Assembly: GCA_036172245.1 (NCBI GenBank)
Contig: JAYWIR010000008.1
Span: 3,348,001-3,412,000 of the forward strand
Reading direction: 5' to 3'
DNA from: Raillietiella orientalis
Taxonomy: Eukaryota
Length of the DNA: 64,000 nucleotides
The translations under genes were made by a program, and so were the position numbers. This document shows, in pieces, positions 46,240-61,106 of the stretch; positions within the stretch are counted from its first letter, which is position 1; each line of letters starts with the position of its first letter. Below the pieces are notes generated by a model. It was not told the DNA's origin and searched no databases. It saw nothing but the letters and a program-made list of their open reading frames with translations.

Positions 46240-49200
46240 ATGACTGTTCCCCAGATTGTCAATAGAGTGACAAAGCAGCAGCAGTTGTATGGTGTGGGTA
46301 AGTACCTTATTTTTTGTAACTATAGTTCTAATATTTATCATTTAGCTCTTGCTAATTTTTGGACAGAGAATCAGAATCACCTGGATTTTTCAATTGGTGA
46401 AACAGTGGTGATTTTAAATGAATACCATGGTAAACAACTAAATTTGAATATCCTTTGGGTGTTTTGTTTGCTACATTGGTGTTGTTTAGTTTTGAGCACA
46501 AAATCTTTTAATTCCCCGATACCGATTGAGCTTGGAAAATTAACTGATTAGACATTAATGTTTAATTCATTTGTTTGCTCTTTGTAGTTCATTGCTTTGT
46601 TAGTCATCAAAATTGCAACTTCTGCCCTTTTGGTTTTTCTATAACCTTATTTTGTTGTTTCTGTAAAATTCATTCTTATTTAAAGATTGACAGCTCATTT
46701 GTGTTTGTGAATTTGTATTTCCAGAAAGGAATTTATCGAAAAGTTTTGTATTTCAAAAATGCCCACCATAGTTTCTTTTTAATTATTTCTGAGTGCAAGT
46801 TTCATCAAAATAAATAAAAAAAAAGATTTTACTCTCAGAATTTCATTCTGATATCTTGTTAGCAGGTCATTATTTCTTTCTTGGGATTAAATTACTTTCA
46901 AAACTGTTTTAAAATGCTCATTAATTTTGCATGTATTGTTGAAAATAAATTCTGAGAACTCTGGATTTGCAGTGATAATTTATATGAAATTGTTATTGAT
47001 TTCAGTTATTGTTATTGAGCCTGATATTGATTAATACTGTGTGAGTGTGGCTGTAACATCGTTGAAAGCTCAATTTGATACGAAGGTTGAATGTCTTGCA
47101 CATACAGACAAGTTCATCACTTTAATGAATTGGTTTTTCTGAGATTCCAAGCTTTACTTAAATTATTAGTTTATTGGTGAATTGTAGAATTATATGCGCA
47201 TTTCTTTTATAGAAGCTCACAGTTCCATCAAGAAGAAATCATTATTACAGTGAAATTTGACTATAAACCTGCATTGTGCTGGTTTTGCAGCAAAATTATA
47301 AATAAGGTTTTTTACTAATTTGAGAAATGTCCTGTACGGTTTCCTGTTTTGTCTATTAAATAAATACATCAGAATACAAAGGGGTTTCATGTTTAGTTTT
47401 TAATTGTTTCCTTACGAAAACCTTTTTATAAATACATTTTCCATGATTTGTATCATAGATAACAGTAAGCGTAATGGCATAAGGTACTTATTGATAGATA
47501 ATTACTCATTGATCTTTCTAATTGCACATGATGCAGTTAGAAAAATCAGAAGTCACCAATCAGCAGGAATTAACAGTGGATCAGTTGGAACTGGGATTTT
47601 GGTGTAAGTTGATGCTTTCGATAGGAGCAATCCTTACATGCAGTTATGCTGCATGTTGGCAGATTTTGAATAGTTCTGAGTTCATTATAATCAGAAATTC
47701 ATCAGATATCTTGCCTTAATAGAGCCATTTTTGTATCATACTACTAGGCATCGAAGACATACACACACACATATTTCTTGAATTGAAGGATTATGTCTTT
47801 GTTATCAATTTCTGTCAACAAAATTCGGTGAAATCACATATCTTGGCTTCAAGCGATTCATATAAGACTATTTCTAAGATTGCTGTGTATAAATTTTTAA
47901 TTTTGCTACTTTGTTCTTATGGAATTGTAAGTTAAAGTTATATTGTTAAACTGCCCTCATAAAGAAATGTATATCTTAAGTGAGCACCACTAAAGGAACG
48001 ATTAGATTAGAGAGTTTCAAATGTAGAGTTTCAAAATGCCTTTGTATCACTAGAAACTAGTATTCATGCAACTGATGATTTAGTTTAATTAGTGTTCAAT
48101 TTTTTTTAGATGATTTAGTAATTAGTGTTCAATTTTTTTGATTGATGGCAACTTACACATCATTTTTTCTAGCAGTTATCATTTGTGGTTACAAGTTTTG
48201 CACCCGAGTTTTCGATTTACTGCAGGTCCCTTTGTAGATAGTTTTGTGATCTTATTTTTTGGGGTTGTTTTTCTTTCTCTTAGAATTTCAATTCGCAATA
48301 TGCAGAGTTAGAGCATAAAGTAATTTTGTATGGTATCGATTTTGATTACTGACAAAAGGATAAAAGGAGTTGTGTGAACACCATTTTACTTTAATTTGGA
48401 AAGTCTCCTAAATGTATGCAAGTTTGAAAACGTATTTTTCTTTAAATTTTGCTGGTGCAGTAACGAGAATTAACTTTGGTCATTATTTTCTTTATCGTTC
48501 TGGCTTGAGCAATTTTAAGCGTTTTGTTCACTTCTGTCTGGCAGCTGTAGGTGATCACCTTATTAACATGTCAGTCAAAATTGTTGTCATAAGATATTGC
48601 ATGTGCTCAAGCTTTTATGTAGTATAATTACCTCCTTTCACCATTTACTTAAGGGAAAGTTCTAGTAAGCAAGATTTCTAGCATACAATTTTAATTGCAA
48701 TTATATTATGATACCAAAATGCCAATTGCAGTCATTATTGCAACTGGCATTTCCAAATGAGTAAAGAACAGTATGAAGAAATTTGGAGCTTTTTCAAATG
48801 AATAATGCAAGTTAATGCACTCCACTTTTTTTTAATTCTTATCTGTAATTATGGAAAATGTTCAACACATTATCTTTTAGTTCTGCATGTAAACATTTGC
48901 AAAATGCTCACATAGTAAAAACTAACATTTAGGAAACTCATGTTTGTGTCATATGATGAAAGAGCCGATAAGAAAGACTAAAAAGAGTGTTAACGTTAGT
49001 CATTTTACTGCACTCCTTTATTTTATGTGTACGTTTAGCCAATCGTTTATAAAGATAAATTATATTTTTATTTATTATTATACTGAATGCAAGATTCATC
49101 ATAGGCAGTGTCTAGAATCTTGAACATATCTAGAAAACAAAAAGTTGTGCATACTTGTAATGGTAAGTGGAATGAGATAAAAAAATTATTTTGAATTGAA

Positions 49201-52200
49201 TTGTAGCTGTAGACTTGTTCCTCTTAAACATGAAACTATTGTAAACGTGAAGCAAGCCACATGTTCCTCCTCCTTGGTTCTTATATATACTCTTAACATT
49301 TAATGACAATCATTTTTAATAATTTCCAATATTTATGGAATTTAAAAACAATAGTAAATTTGATTCTAAGTTATGCATAAGTTATGCTGATAGATCCACT
49401 ATTAGCAATTAATTATATTACAGCATCAGCATGGTGTGAAGTTGAGAAAATCTAAATATTTGATGCACATATACATTGACTCCAAAGATAAAGAACAGAG
49501 ATTTATCTATGCTCAAAAGAAAAATCATTTGTTTTGTGCTTGCTTGTTCAGATTGTTTGTTCAGTAGTCTTGTAAATCTAAGCTAGTTTTTTTTGAAACA
49601 AGAAACCTGCAAATTAGTTCGCTGATTTCTAGGATAACAAACTTGGATAGAATTATGAATCTATTTGGTGCTCTTAATTAAGTTTCATATTCTGCATAAA
49701 GTTCTGCAGTTCAACCTTTGAAATTTACATAGTGTTCTTAGCCAAGTCAGAAGTACAAATTGAAATGTTGCAACAAAAATTACATGAGATTGGGAATCAA
49801 GGAATTCATGTGGATTTTTTCAATCCCGAAAATGAGATGCTAGTTTAAAAATGGATGTACATTTATGAAGGTGTGATTGTAACACATTCAGTGATACATG
49901 AAATGGGTTGTAGTTTTTGAAGAAAAAAAAAAATGGCATATTTAGATGATAGGTTTGTTTAGATGTTGAATGAAGTAGTTTCAGAATAATGAGCATAATT
50001 TTGGTATGAAAACAAAGAACGTTGTAAGCGTTTTCAATGATTATTAAATTTTATAAAATGAAGAGTTAAAGAGATTCCATTTTATTATGTTTTCCATTAT
50101 ATGAGTTCCACTGACTTGGTCGTATTTAAAATTAGCTATAAAAGTTCAAAATAATTTGTATTAGAATGAGAAATACCCTAAACAACCATCTAAGTTTCAG
50201 TTTTACCTCATTTTTTATTCATGTTAAGGTCTTGTATTTCAAATACGTTAAGAAATGTGGATGGTATATGGTCAATTGCAATTTTCTTTTTGCAGAATGG
50301 TGTTTTGGATATAGAGTTAACAATCCTAGTAAGAAGGGCATATTTCCAAAAAGTTTTGTGTGTCTTCGGACTGCAACTATATATAACCAGGGGCAAGTTC
50401 ATTGTTTGCAACTGTAAGTGATAATCTGTTTTTATTCAATTTTAGAGTGCTGAAATTATGTGATCATAACATTCCTATCATTGTTCAAGAAATCAATATT
50501 GTTTTACATGAATGGGCCCGTATTTGGAAAGAGATGTATGTGGTGGGTACTGATATGTGCATTAAAACATAAAAGAAATGCTTATTAAAAGGCCCATCAC
50601 CCATTATTTGAGAGAGTTAAGGTGATGCTTCATGAATTGCTGCAACATCGAAGTAAGCTTCTGTCTGATGGTTTGACAGCTGATGAAATGCGTCAATATT
50701 CTTCAAAAATTGCTCATCGCATTGATCGTGGAAATGAGTAATTTATTAGTTTTTCTAATTCGATTTCTTTCTTTTTTTTTTTTTCTTTTCTTTTCTACAC
50801 AGTATGCTTGGTCTGGACATGGTGGTGCGTAATGATGAAGGAGAAATTGTGGATTCAAGTCAGATTTCTACCATCGAATTGTTTCGTCGTCATGAGATTG
50901 CAGCAAAAAAATTGAAAATTGTATGACTTACAGATTCACACAAATTTGTATTGCTGAACTTTCCAGTCTACACATACTCTTCAAACAAATAGTTCCTTCA
51001 TTCAAAGCAGTTTATGTTTGTATCTACATTGTCAACGATTAAAATGTCCAGTTCATTGTGATCTTGAACTGATCTTTTGTTTGTATGATGTAGCTCGTGG
51101 AGAGGCCATAACAGAAAATTTCGTTATTCCTGTTGCGCAGAATGATGTCGATGTGACAGAACTCTCTTCTCGAGTTATATATACGGTAATATTGTATGAT
51201 CTTATAAAGAATTGCAATTTTTCCTCTCCAGGATTTGAGTTATACAACTTTTAAAAAGCAACAGTTAGCTTTGGTGTGTTACATTGTTTGGTTAGGATCC
51301 ATGCATTTAAAAGAAACTACAACAAGAAAATCAGGATCCCTGCACAAAAAAACGAAATTAGAACAGCTCAAACGACCCTTGGGAGTTGCATCACTGGACA
51401 TCAGCAGTCTCGATGCCCCCAAAATGCAACCATTTGATAATGAAGAGCATTTCATGCCCATGCTTCTGTATGTGGGATTTCATTTTCGACTTGTAAATGT
51501 GTTCATAGATGTGGAGACAAAGATTTTTTGGATACCACTTTAAGGAAGCTGTTGTCAAGCAAGGATATTGGGAAAAAGGATACTTGTCTGAGGAATGGAG
51601 TGTTTATCAATTTAAGGATGCTAGTAGGAGATGTAAATCGTGTGCGAATGGAAAACCCTCACATCATCAACTCAAATGTGGCTGTAGCCCGAAGAATTGG
51701 TTCTCCTGATACTATAATGCCAGGGGATGTTCGTAATGATCTTTATATCACTCTCATGACAGGCGATTTTCCCAAAGGTAACAAAACCTCAGATAAGAGT
51801 GTGCAAGTGGTTGTCAGTGTTTTAGATAACAAAGGAAATATCCTACCTGTAAGTGTAGTTAATGCAATTGATTTAATTAACTTATATTCATGCTAGAATG
51901 CTGTTGGTCTTGGTTCTGGACAGGAAATGGGATCCAAGTACGTATCAACTGTGTATTACCACGAAGATAAACCAAAATGGCATGAAACTATAAAAGTGAA
52001 CATTCCGATTGAAAAATTTGCATCAAGTCATATTCGTTTTACCCTCTGGCACAGGTAGGGAGCATGTGCTTTTATTCTAGTTATACTATTTTACTGGTTA
52101 GGTCATCTCATGAAAATAAGTTTAAACATGACAAGCCATTTGCTGTTGGATACATTCAGTTGATGATGACAGATGGTACTACCATTCACAATGGAACACA

Positions 52201-55200
52201 TGAATTACTGTTGTATAAGGTGAACTACTAATCTAGAGTAAGCAGCATTTTTCAGTTTGTATAGATAGATCCAAAACTTTTTCAAGAAAATGAAGTGTCG
52301 TATCTGAATCTTCCATTCAGCAAAGAGGATAAGAAAAACTCAAGTAATCATATAGAAATGCCTCTCAGTTCAAAGGAATCTCTTATTCTTACAACCAACA
52401 CTTGCTCTACAAAGCTGACACAAAATTGTAAGTAGGCATGTGTGCTTGCCTTGCTGCAATACTTGTGCGTTAAGTGAACCTGCTTTTATTATTGCGTTGG
52501 TGGAATAATCCAGAAAATCTCAAAGAAATTCTTGATGGGTTGATGAAAGTAGAAGGTGATGAGATAGTAAAGTTTCTCCAGGATATTTTGGATGCTCTTT
52601 TCAATATTCTCATGGAAAATAACAATGAAGATTGGTATGATAATCTTGTTTTTGAAGCTTTGGTATGTTTCCAAAAAATGTTAGGCTAATCTTTAATACT
52701 GTATTTTAAAAGTTGTATGTCATTGGTCTTCTTGAGAATCCAAAATATCAGCACTTCAGAGATGTCCTGGATCTTTATATTAAAGAAAGCTTCAGTGCGA
52801 CATTAATTTACCCGTAAGTATGAAAACATTGGTGTTCTGTTACTTAAGCACTTTACTAGTAAATTACTGCACGTATTGACTACACATGCACAGAAAGCCT
52901 TGACCAGTGAACGTCAACGCATTCTGTTAGCAGCCTTTCCCTGTCTAAAATATGTTCTTCGAATTATTTTGCGCTCACAACAACTTTTCATGAAGTAGGT
53001 TTGCAATACGGGAAAAATTCACTGCAGATGAATTCTTTTGTAGTCTAAATGAAAACATTGATCAGTCACATTTCCAAACTGCATTTCAACGTTTGCTGCA
53101 AAGTTTAACTCAGTTAACCTCTTATCTAGATGAATCTATGATTCCTATCCAAGTCAGTTGCTTACATCATCTGCCCACTTGCATTTCTGAATGTCAAGAA
53201 GTATTGGATAATGTGACTATCAGCAACTTTTTTTGTGATATGTTGCGCAGCCTTCCAGTCAAACGACTGCTAGTTGAAAGAATAAATACGATCCGAACGC
53301 TGATACACAGCACGCTATTTTTAAGAGCTGAGAGTCGAATGGTTTTGCTTCCTGTGTTTTGTGATGCCATACAACTACTACTTGAAGAACCACAAGAGGT
53401 GAGTATAGCAAGCTTTTGTGCATGGTGCATGCAGTTAATAGATAGTAGCTATTGAATTGTACTTTAAACAAGAAGTTAGTTAGGTTTTGGGGAATAATGC
53501 AGCATGGATATGTTGTTAGATAACCAGAGAAAAGACTTGGTGAAATTCGATTCTGTATTTCAGTTGCAGTTGTGTATTGACTGCTTCTCTGATCTTCTGG
53601 ATTTCTTGTTTGATCAGAGATTGCGGACCTACTTTGATGTAGAAGTCGTTATGTTAACTTTACTGCACAGAGTTACCAAAACAATAATAAAAATGAGCAA
53701 CTCACAGCCTTTCCTTCCTCATTTAGTTACAACTCTCATTGCTATTTTTCGACTAATGACGTCGCAACATTATAGCCAGTTTGTAAAGATGCTGTCCATG
53801 AACCGTGATTTCGATGCCGTGAAGGAATTTCTCATAGAATCCATGGCTATTTTTAAAGATTTGTGGAGTTGCTCAGTGTACCCCAGCAACTGGTCCGAAA
53901 TGATTCTGGTTCAGAATCGGATTCTTTTGGAGGCATTAAAACAATTCAAAGAGACAGTACAGAGTAGCTTCTCTAACCCATTTTGTGTGCAAATCTGGAG
54001 CAATTTTTTTCATTGCATCATTGCCTTTTTGACACAACCGGCATTGCAGCTGGAATCTATGTCTCTGATTAAAAAAAATCAAGTGTTGGCTACATATGGT
54101 GATATGCGTTTAATTGCTGGACGAGAGATCAAACATGCCTGGCTTAACCTAAGGAAAAATAAAAGTCACTTCATTCCTTCACTGATAGAACCGTTTCTTG
54201 AAATGACAATGATACCTCAAAAAGAACTGCGATGTGAAACCCTTCCAATTTTTTTTGACATGATGCAGTTTCAGATAACTACCCCCCATGATACTGCTCA
54301 TTTCCCAGAAGCCCAACCATCCCTGACATATTCAACGGTGCCCTTTGAGCAGTTTTCCCATGAATTGATGTCCAAGCTGGATGTTTTGATCGGTGGTGGA
54401 AGAGGGGATGAAGAGTACAGAGTGCAATTCGAAGAAACATTGAAAAAGCTGTGTAGAGATCATCGCACGCTGTACCTTCAAGGATATCAGTTTGTGTCCA
54501 TAGCTGTGCAACAAATGCAACTGCTGCTTGAACTCCGTACAGCGATCCGGGAAGAATGCGAGGAAGACGAAATTACTTGTCTAGTCAACATGGCTCAGTT
54601 CTATCGTCGTTATGAAAAATCCGATCTATATGTGCGTTATCTCGATCGTATTAGTGACATAAATGCCAAAAAGGATTATTTCGTGGAAGCAGCGTTAGCC
54701 TTGCACGATCACGCACATCTGCTCAGTTGGTCCAAAGATCCCATACAGAAAGAGGGACTTTGCTATAGAATCATTGATTTTTTCGATAAAGGTTGCATGT
54801 GGGCCGAGACACTGCACGTGTGCAATGACTTGGTGAAATACTATGAAAGTGAAACTTTGGAGTATGATAAGTTGGGAGCGTTGTATCAGCGGATGAGTGT
54901 CTTTTGCAAGAAGATGGCCGAGAATCAAAGCCAAGACCCAGAGTACTTTCGAGTTGCATTTTACGGGACAGGATTCCCTCGTTTTTTGCAGAACAAGGTT
55001 AGAGAGATTCCGACAGGGACGATGCGTATAATGGTGTTTAGGTGTTTGTCTATCGAGGGCGCCAACACGAAATGCTGTCTGATTTCCGAAACCGGCTGAG
55101 CGAACAGTATCCGAACGCAACTCTTCTAACGAAATTGGCGATCCCTTCCCAGCAAGAAATGGAGGGGCCGAGCCAGCGTAAGCATCGACAGTCTGCATCC

Positions 55201-56409
55201 CGAGGTCGTTCTGACTCCCTTCCGTTAAAGTTTTGCAGATTAATAAGGTGGACCCCATATATGAAACAGAATTCAGCCCAGAAACGAACAGGAAACTCAC
55301 AAGAAGTAGCTCAGTTGCCGAAAAAGTGGCGAGCCATTACAAAAACAGTCAGGTCAAGAAGTTTGTGTATTCCCGTCCGCTGAAGAAAGCCAAGGGGAAG
55401 GATGATGGGGACTTTAGCAATTTGTGGCTAGAAAGGAATATCCTGACACTGTTGGATCCTTTACCCGGGATCCAATGTCGCCATCCTGTGGTAGCTGTCG
55501 ACACATTCGAAATCACCCCCTTGCAAAGTGCCATCGACACGATGAGGAACGCAAACCGACAACTGGAAGAGTTGTTGGTGGATTCCTCTTTCAAAACACT
55601 GAGTGCGAAACTAACTGGGATGCTTGACCCAGCCGTCATGGGAGGTGTCGCGAATTACGAACGTGCGTTCCTCAACGATGAATATCGGCAGAGTCATCCC
55701 GACGAGCAGGGGGAACTGGAATCTCTCGGAGCACTGATAGCCGATCAGATCCCTTTGCTGGAGGAGGGACTGCACATCCTTCAGAAGGATTTTCCCGAGA
55801 ACATGGCTCCGTTGTTGAAACACTTGAAAGAGTGCTTTGACGCCATGAAAGCTCAAGTTGAGTCCCGTTACGGCAAGAGGGTAAGGGCTTTGCGCGTTCG
55901 TCGGGTTCCCCCCAGCTTTCTGCTTTAGCCCAGCCGTCTCGCGTTTTCTTCCTGGAGTGAAAGCAGGCGCTTGTCGAACCAGCGGACCGCGCACGTGGCC
56001 CAAGAGTAAGTGCATATCTGTTCCTTACCGCCAGTTATTTTGTGCCGTTGTTTCCCCTGTTCAGCGTAAGTCACCTAACCCGCTCGCTTGCAACTAACCT
56101 GTCTAACAGCTGGAATAACCTGAGCAGCCTGAGCAATAGGTAAAGCTGATTTTCCAGCCCCGTTCCGTGCCGCTGCAAAGACCGGAATCTCCCCGTGGGG
56201 TCTCCCCTCGCCTGAGAGACTCGTGCACTTTCAGAATCATAACGACCAAATCCGTTTCTCCCAACTTCAAATCTTTCCAAGTCCTGAGGAAGGATGACGC
56301 CCTCCACAAGGCGTACAGGAGCCTGAATAAGTTGGAAATGAAAAATGAGATCGGGGACGTTGAGAAAAAGGTTTGCAATTTTCCGTCTGCTGCGTCCATA
56401 GGCAAATGA
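46240..56409 (+). CDS. Dedicator of cytokinesis (DOCK180/myoblast city/CED-5-type) Rac GEF, many exons
   Basis: The SH3 domain is split over exons 46240-46297, 46346-46429 and from ~50297 (YGVA...LDFSIGETVVIL...WCFGY...KGIFPKSFV). DHR-1/C2 gives PGDVRNDLYITL and VYYHEDKPKWHETIK. The ARM region gives EIVKFLQDILDALF and YGDMR. DHR-2 gives PEYFRVAFYGTGFP.FL.NK and LTGMLDPAVMGGVANYE.AF. The final stop at 56409 is tentative. Confidence 0.92.
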
Positions 56410-58899
56410 TGAATCTTTACAGAGATCATCGTGGGACACAGCTGTGAGGGAAAAGCCCCTCTCTCCGTATGCAGTTTCCAACGGGTCGTTTTCCGAAGAC
56501 TCCCAGAATCAGAAGCACGCGGACTCCAGGACTGCCTCGGCATCTTTTTTACAGCAGTAGACGTGCAGTTGTGTTTCTTGTCGCCAAATACAAGTTCTGC
56601 AGACTTCCCGCCGGGTCACACCGGCGTTTTGTACAATCTCTCCCCCCTCCCAATCCTCCCGGGATCGTGCAGAAAATCATCGCTGCCTGCCTTCCTTCAG
56701 ACTGCAATTTCATGACGTTTAGGGCGATGGTGGGCTCGTTGCGCGGTAACGAAGCTCATCCGCGGACGAGCTTCGTACTTTGTACCAAGTACGTTGCCCG
56801 TACTTGGTCTTCATGGTTTGGGTTTGCCTTTCGCACCCCTCCAAGGGTTCGGTCCATTCGAGCTTGTGGATTGCCCGCGTTTACTGCACACTGCTGAAGC
56901 AAAATGGGGTCAGCCCTGTAAACCGTGAAGATTCTTCGCGCACTTGCGGCTTTTTTGACCCGTAATCCCCGTGAAGTCATGCATGATCGTTAGGAGCAGA
57001 CGGGGGGGGGGGAGGTCATTCGTACTGCGTTTAGAAGGGGGTGAAACCCTCGGATCGCCTCGAGACGGACCGTCGCGAAGGTCAGGAACGTCTTCATTAT
57101 TCAGGTTGGAGAGGTCCAAAGGCGATCGTGTACGGCCTTCGTTCTAACACCACAAACGATCCGCCGGCGTCAGGGCGTTGACCCGGTCAACCGAAGTTTC
57201 CAAGAAACCAGTGTTCGGTTTGTTGACGGAAGCATGACCGGAAGGTTGGAACTTACGGGCAATGACGGAATGGCAGTGGATGTGATCGTATTTTTCATAT
57301 AATTTTTTTTTTTCTCACTACTTCGTTTGTACTCTTACGTCTCGAAAGAACAACCTACGTCTCAACCTACGCACTGAGCGAAAACAAGTAGGCTCGTAGG
57401 GCGAGGACCCGTGGAAAGGCCGTTTTCCGAGACGTAGGAGAGCATTTTGGTGGCCGTGCTGTTTGAACGGCTTTCTTGAGCCACATGACGGGCGAACGCT
57501 CCCGGCGTGTGGCTTGCGCAAGGTGCTGTCCTCCCGTGGCACATGACTTTGCAGCAGGGAACGCTCCTTGCGTCGGGACGCGAGTTCCCGACCCACGGAA
57601 GCCCACTGGATGGGCTGGGCGGAGGAGGAAGCGATGGCGGTCGAACAAGGCGGATGACGGAGACGTTAGCCGTCTTCCCAGCATTTTTCTTGCACGGCAC
57701 GTAAGTGCACCGTTGAAGGTGCGTGCGGTGGTTGTGACGCTCGACTGACGTGGAAAGGTTGCCACTTTGCATTCCCCCCCCCCCTCAAAAAAAAAAAAAA
57801 AAGAAAGAAAGAAAGAAAACGTTTCATCACGATACGCCTCACATCAGCGCGGAACCAAAGTGCACTGTGCACCGCGCGAAGATGTAATTCTCAAGCCGAT
57901 TCTCTGTTTAAAAAGCAGAAAGCCGTTGAAAGCAAAGCAAAGGAGAAAAAAACTGTGATTTTCCACACCGCACCGATCGGGTAAATGCAAGGACATGTAA
58001 TTTCACGTACCGTTGAGAACCCCGATAAACGGATTCCAAGCTAAATCACAAGCAGTCTGCTGCAATGTGGTCCGTTTGCAGCGGTCGGTTTTCATGGATT
58101 GCACAACTGTGGATGCGCTGCCGAGTGGAAAATCCACTGGCAACGAGGATTTAGGAGAAACGCTCGTAGCTTGGACCATCGGTTGAGTATTCTGGCAAAA
58201 TGATCGTCCGTTGGTGCCGCTGCTAGCCATTTTTGCACAGATCAGTTTTCCTGTTATCCAAAAGTGCACACAGCAATGCTTTGTTAGATGTTGACGGTGT
58301 TTCCTCGTGTCCGGTTTTACCTTCGTCTTGACGAACAGCAGCACTTGCTTTAAGCACAATCCATGAGGGAGATCTTTGCTTAATGATCTTCAGCTGTGTC
58401 CCCATCCAATTGCAGATCTTGTTGAAGCATGCAATCTTATGAACACCGGATGTGTGTTTCGGGACCATGAATTCGTTCCTTCGAACGATCGCCCGTATCT
58501 GCTGCTTCACCCATCTCGACGGAGGGCATTTCACTCTATTCGACAGTTGAAAGCAGTTTGACAGGTGTCTCGTTAAAGACGTAATGTGAAGACTCTTAAA
58601 AAACTGTCCCGGATAGCTTCACTCTGACTGACGACAGTTTTTGGTGTGTTTCATTTCGCTGTTTACCTTAAAAGCTTGTAAGAATTCGTAAATCAAGGAC
58701 TCCCCTTTACAGAATGAACAGAGGGAGATCGGACACGAAGTGTTCGAGGAGGGGCTACTGGCTTGCTTTTCCATGGCATCATCCATGCCAAGAGGGTTTC
58801 GTTATTTTTTTTTTTCTCCTCCCCCCTCCCCTCCATGCGTAAGAGAAGCTCTTGAAAATGGCTTGAAGGAAACTGAGAAAGACCCTCCGTTTCCTGAGA

Positions 58900-60350
58900 T
58901 CGGAATTCTGCCAACGCGCTCTCGCAGTTTCTCCGCAGAACCAGACTCTCAAGCCACCAGCAGGAGAGAACTTCCCACCTGCTGGTAGAGCTCGCTCCAG
59001 AGATCACCCTCCCTGTGGTCATCTCCGTGATGCTGCGGAGAAGGCGCGGAGGGGGGTCCCACTGACCCTGAGAACGAGTTGTGGCGTCCTCCTCCCCGTG
59101 AAAGGGTTGGGGGCTACAAGGACTGCAGCTCAGTGGACTCTCCCCCCCCCCGCTCCTCATCGCTTTCCCTTTCCTCCCGTGCGGCCTTTGCTGCCCCGGA
59201 CTTCTCCCCTCGGGCCGTGTACATGGAGGACTGCATGTCCCCTCCGCATGGCTCCGGCGGGAGATCCATCCCCATCCACACACCCACCCGGCATGCCAGC
59301 GCACTCTCCAGAAAAGTAAGCGTCCCGGAGGAGGATCCAGGGAAATGCGCTGGACCGCGGCGGGGAGGAGAATCCCCGCGCTGGAAGCGCGCGCGTGGAT
59401 TCCGCGGGACATAGTCGCTTTTCCTCCGCGTGATGCGCACCAGGAGTCAGTAAGAGTGACCTGCGCACAGAGGACCCAAGGGCACTCCGCCAATCCTACG
59501 TTCGGCGAGCTGCGTTCTCCTTCACATCTGACGCCGAATGACCGTTGCTGAGACCGGTCGGCAAAGAGGAGGAGTCGCGCGAGTCAGGTGCGAGCATGAG
59601 TTTCCTCTCTCCCTCGTTGCATCCCGTGGTCCAGTCATCTTGATTGGACCAAATGGATCTGCGCGTTGCTGTCCAGATTCATTTGGTCCCGAAGAGGGGA
59701 ATCCCGCCGAACTCGCTCGCGTGTCTTCCTCACCCCAAAAAAGTCCTCAGCCACGTGCCGCAGTGCCCTTGACCCCGAAAGTTTTAGCCCAATTCACTGC
59801 CCCTCGACATGTCTGCGCAGCGCGACCTGCGGTATCAGTATCGGGCGATCTTTGGCTCGCAGTACACGACCCGAGCGCCGAGACGCCTCCGGCCGATGAG
59901 GGTCGATGTGCTCCGCTGTAGCCACGGGAGGGAGCGTGGCAGGTCTCCAAGCATCCCCGACGCGCTGAGGGAACCGGGCTCGGATGACCCCGTTCTGGAA
60001 GTCCAGAGGCCAGTCTTGGGCTGCCGATGCCCATCCTCAAGCACCGGGATGTCCTCTGCAAGCACGAGCCGTCCCAGCTGACCACGTTCCTCCTAAAGCT
60101 TCGCAGGTTCTCTCAAAAGTCCTCATCGAGCGCGCGTCCCATCTGGTTCCTTTCCTGCACCAGCAGGTTGGCGCCACGCCACAGCAGCTAAGCTCTCCTG
60201 GTCCACCCAGATGCACGCGGCCTGGATGCACGCAGTGACCATGGTGAGCCGCGTTTACCTGGCATGACGGCTCGAACTGCAAACTCAGATGACGCGCGCG
60301 GTTCCAGAAAAGTACTGCACGTCCCAGCTTCACCGTGTAAGAAACCCCGT
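58900..60350 (-). mobile_element. Degenerate L1/Tx1-like 5' portion (ORF1 knuckle remnant plus APE endonuclease remnant)
   Basis: VLCAQVT (cf. LCLQET), SRG...SSAGILL, D...GRLL, VLHVHGP (cf. NVYAP) and GG..LSC occur in APE order across frameshifts. A decayed CCHC-like stretch lies at ~59790-59860. Confidence 0.5.
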
Positions 60351-61106
60351 CCCCATCGTCAGGGGATGCAGGCAGTGGGATGGGCCAGATTCAAAGCGAG
60401 ACGCAAAAGCCGGTAGTTGTTCAGCTTCCATCGGCCCATCGGCCTGGGGTCGATTCGAAACTCTGGATGGAACTGGTGCTCCAGAATGAGGGAGGACGTC
60501 TGGTATCGACGCCTGACATCGCCGAACAGCACCGAGGAAATCGAAGAAAGAGAAAGGGAGGCGGAAGCCGAGAGCCGACTACGTCCTTCCACTTCTCTCC
60601 GAGGGAAGCGCCCGTCCGAGTCGACGCGAGCGCTCCTTATCCAACATCCAGGGAAGACGTGGAGCGTTCAACGAGTAGGCGGAGCTGTTGATGAAAGCGA
60701 GAGCGCGCCTCAACACTCGACATTTGCGAAACGCAGATGGGATGCGCCAGTCGGTCCACAGACCGAGACGAGTAACCACCCGACGCATCGAAGGCTACAA
60801 ATTGGTTATCCTAGGCTGGAATGACTGAATAAACCAAAGCATGGAAACGATGGAGAGGGCCCTATCGACGCTTCTTATACAGAAGAGGATGTGAATGAGA
60901 CGTTGGTCGCCTCGAAGCGAACGTCGTCTTCTCGTGGTCATTCAAGAGGATTCAGGATGACCAGTAGCATTTTCCGGACCTAGGAAGGCCAATCGTAATT
61001 CTTGCAGGGTCTTCATGTGTTGCCCTTCAATTTGGAAAATGCGCGGAGAAACTCCCTGGAACAGCGACTGCAAAAACCAGTATCCTGAGAGAACCTGCGG
61101 TCGCCG

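Noticed and set aside
48075..48139. Short tandem duplication (GATGATTTAGT..AATTAGTGTTCAATTTTTTT twice) in the large DOCK intron
   Set aside because: An ordinary slippage duplication in AT-rich intron sequence.
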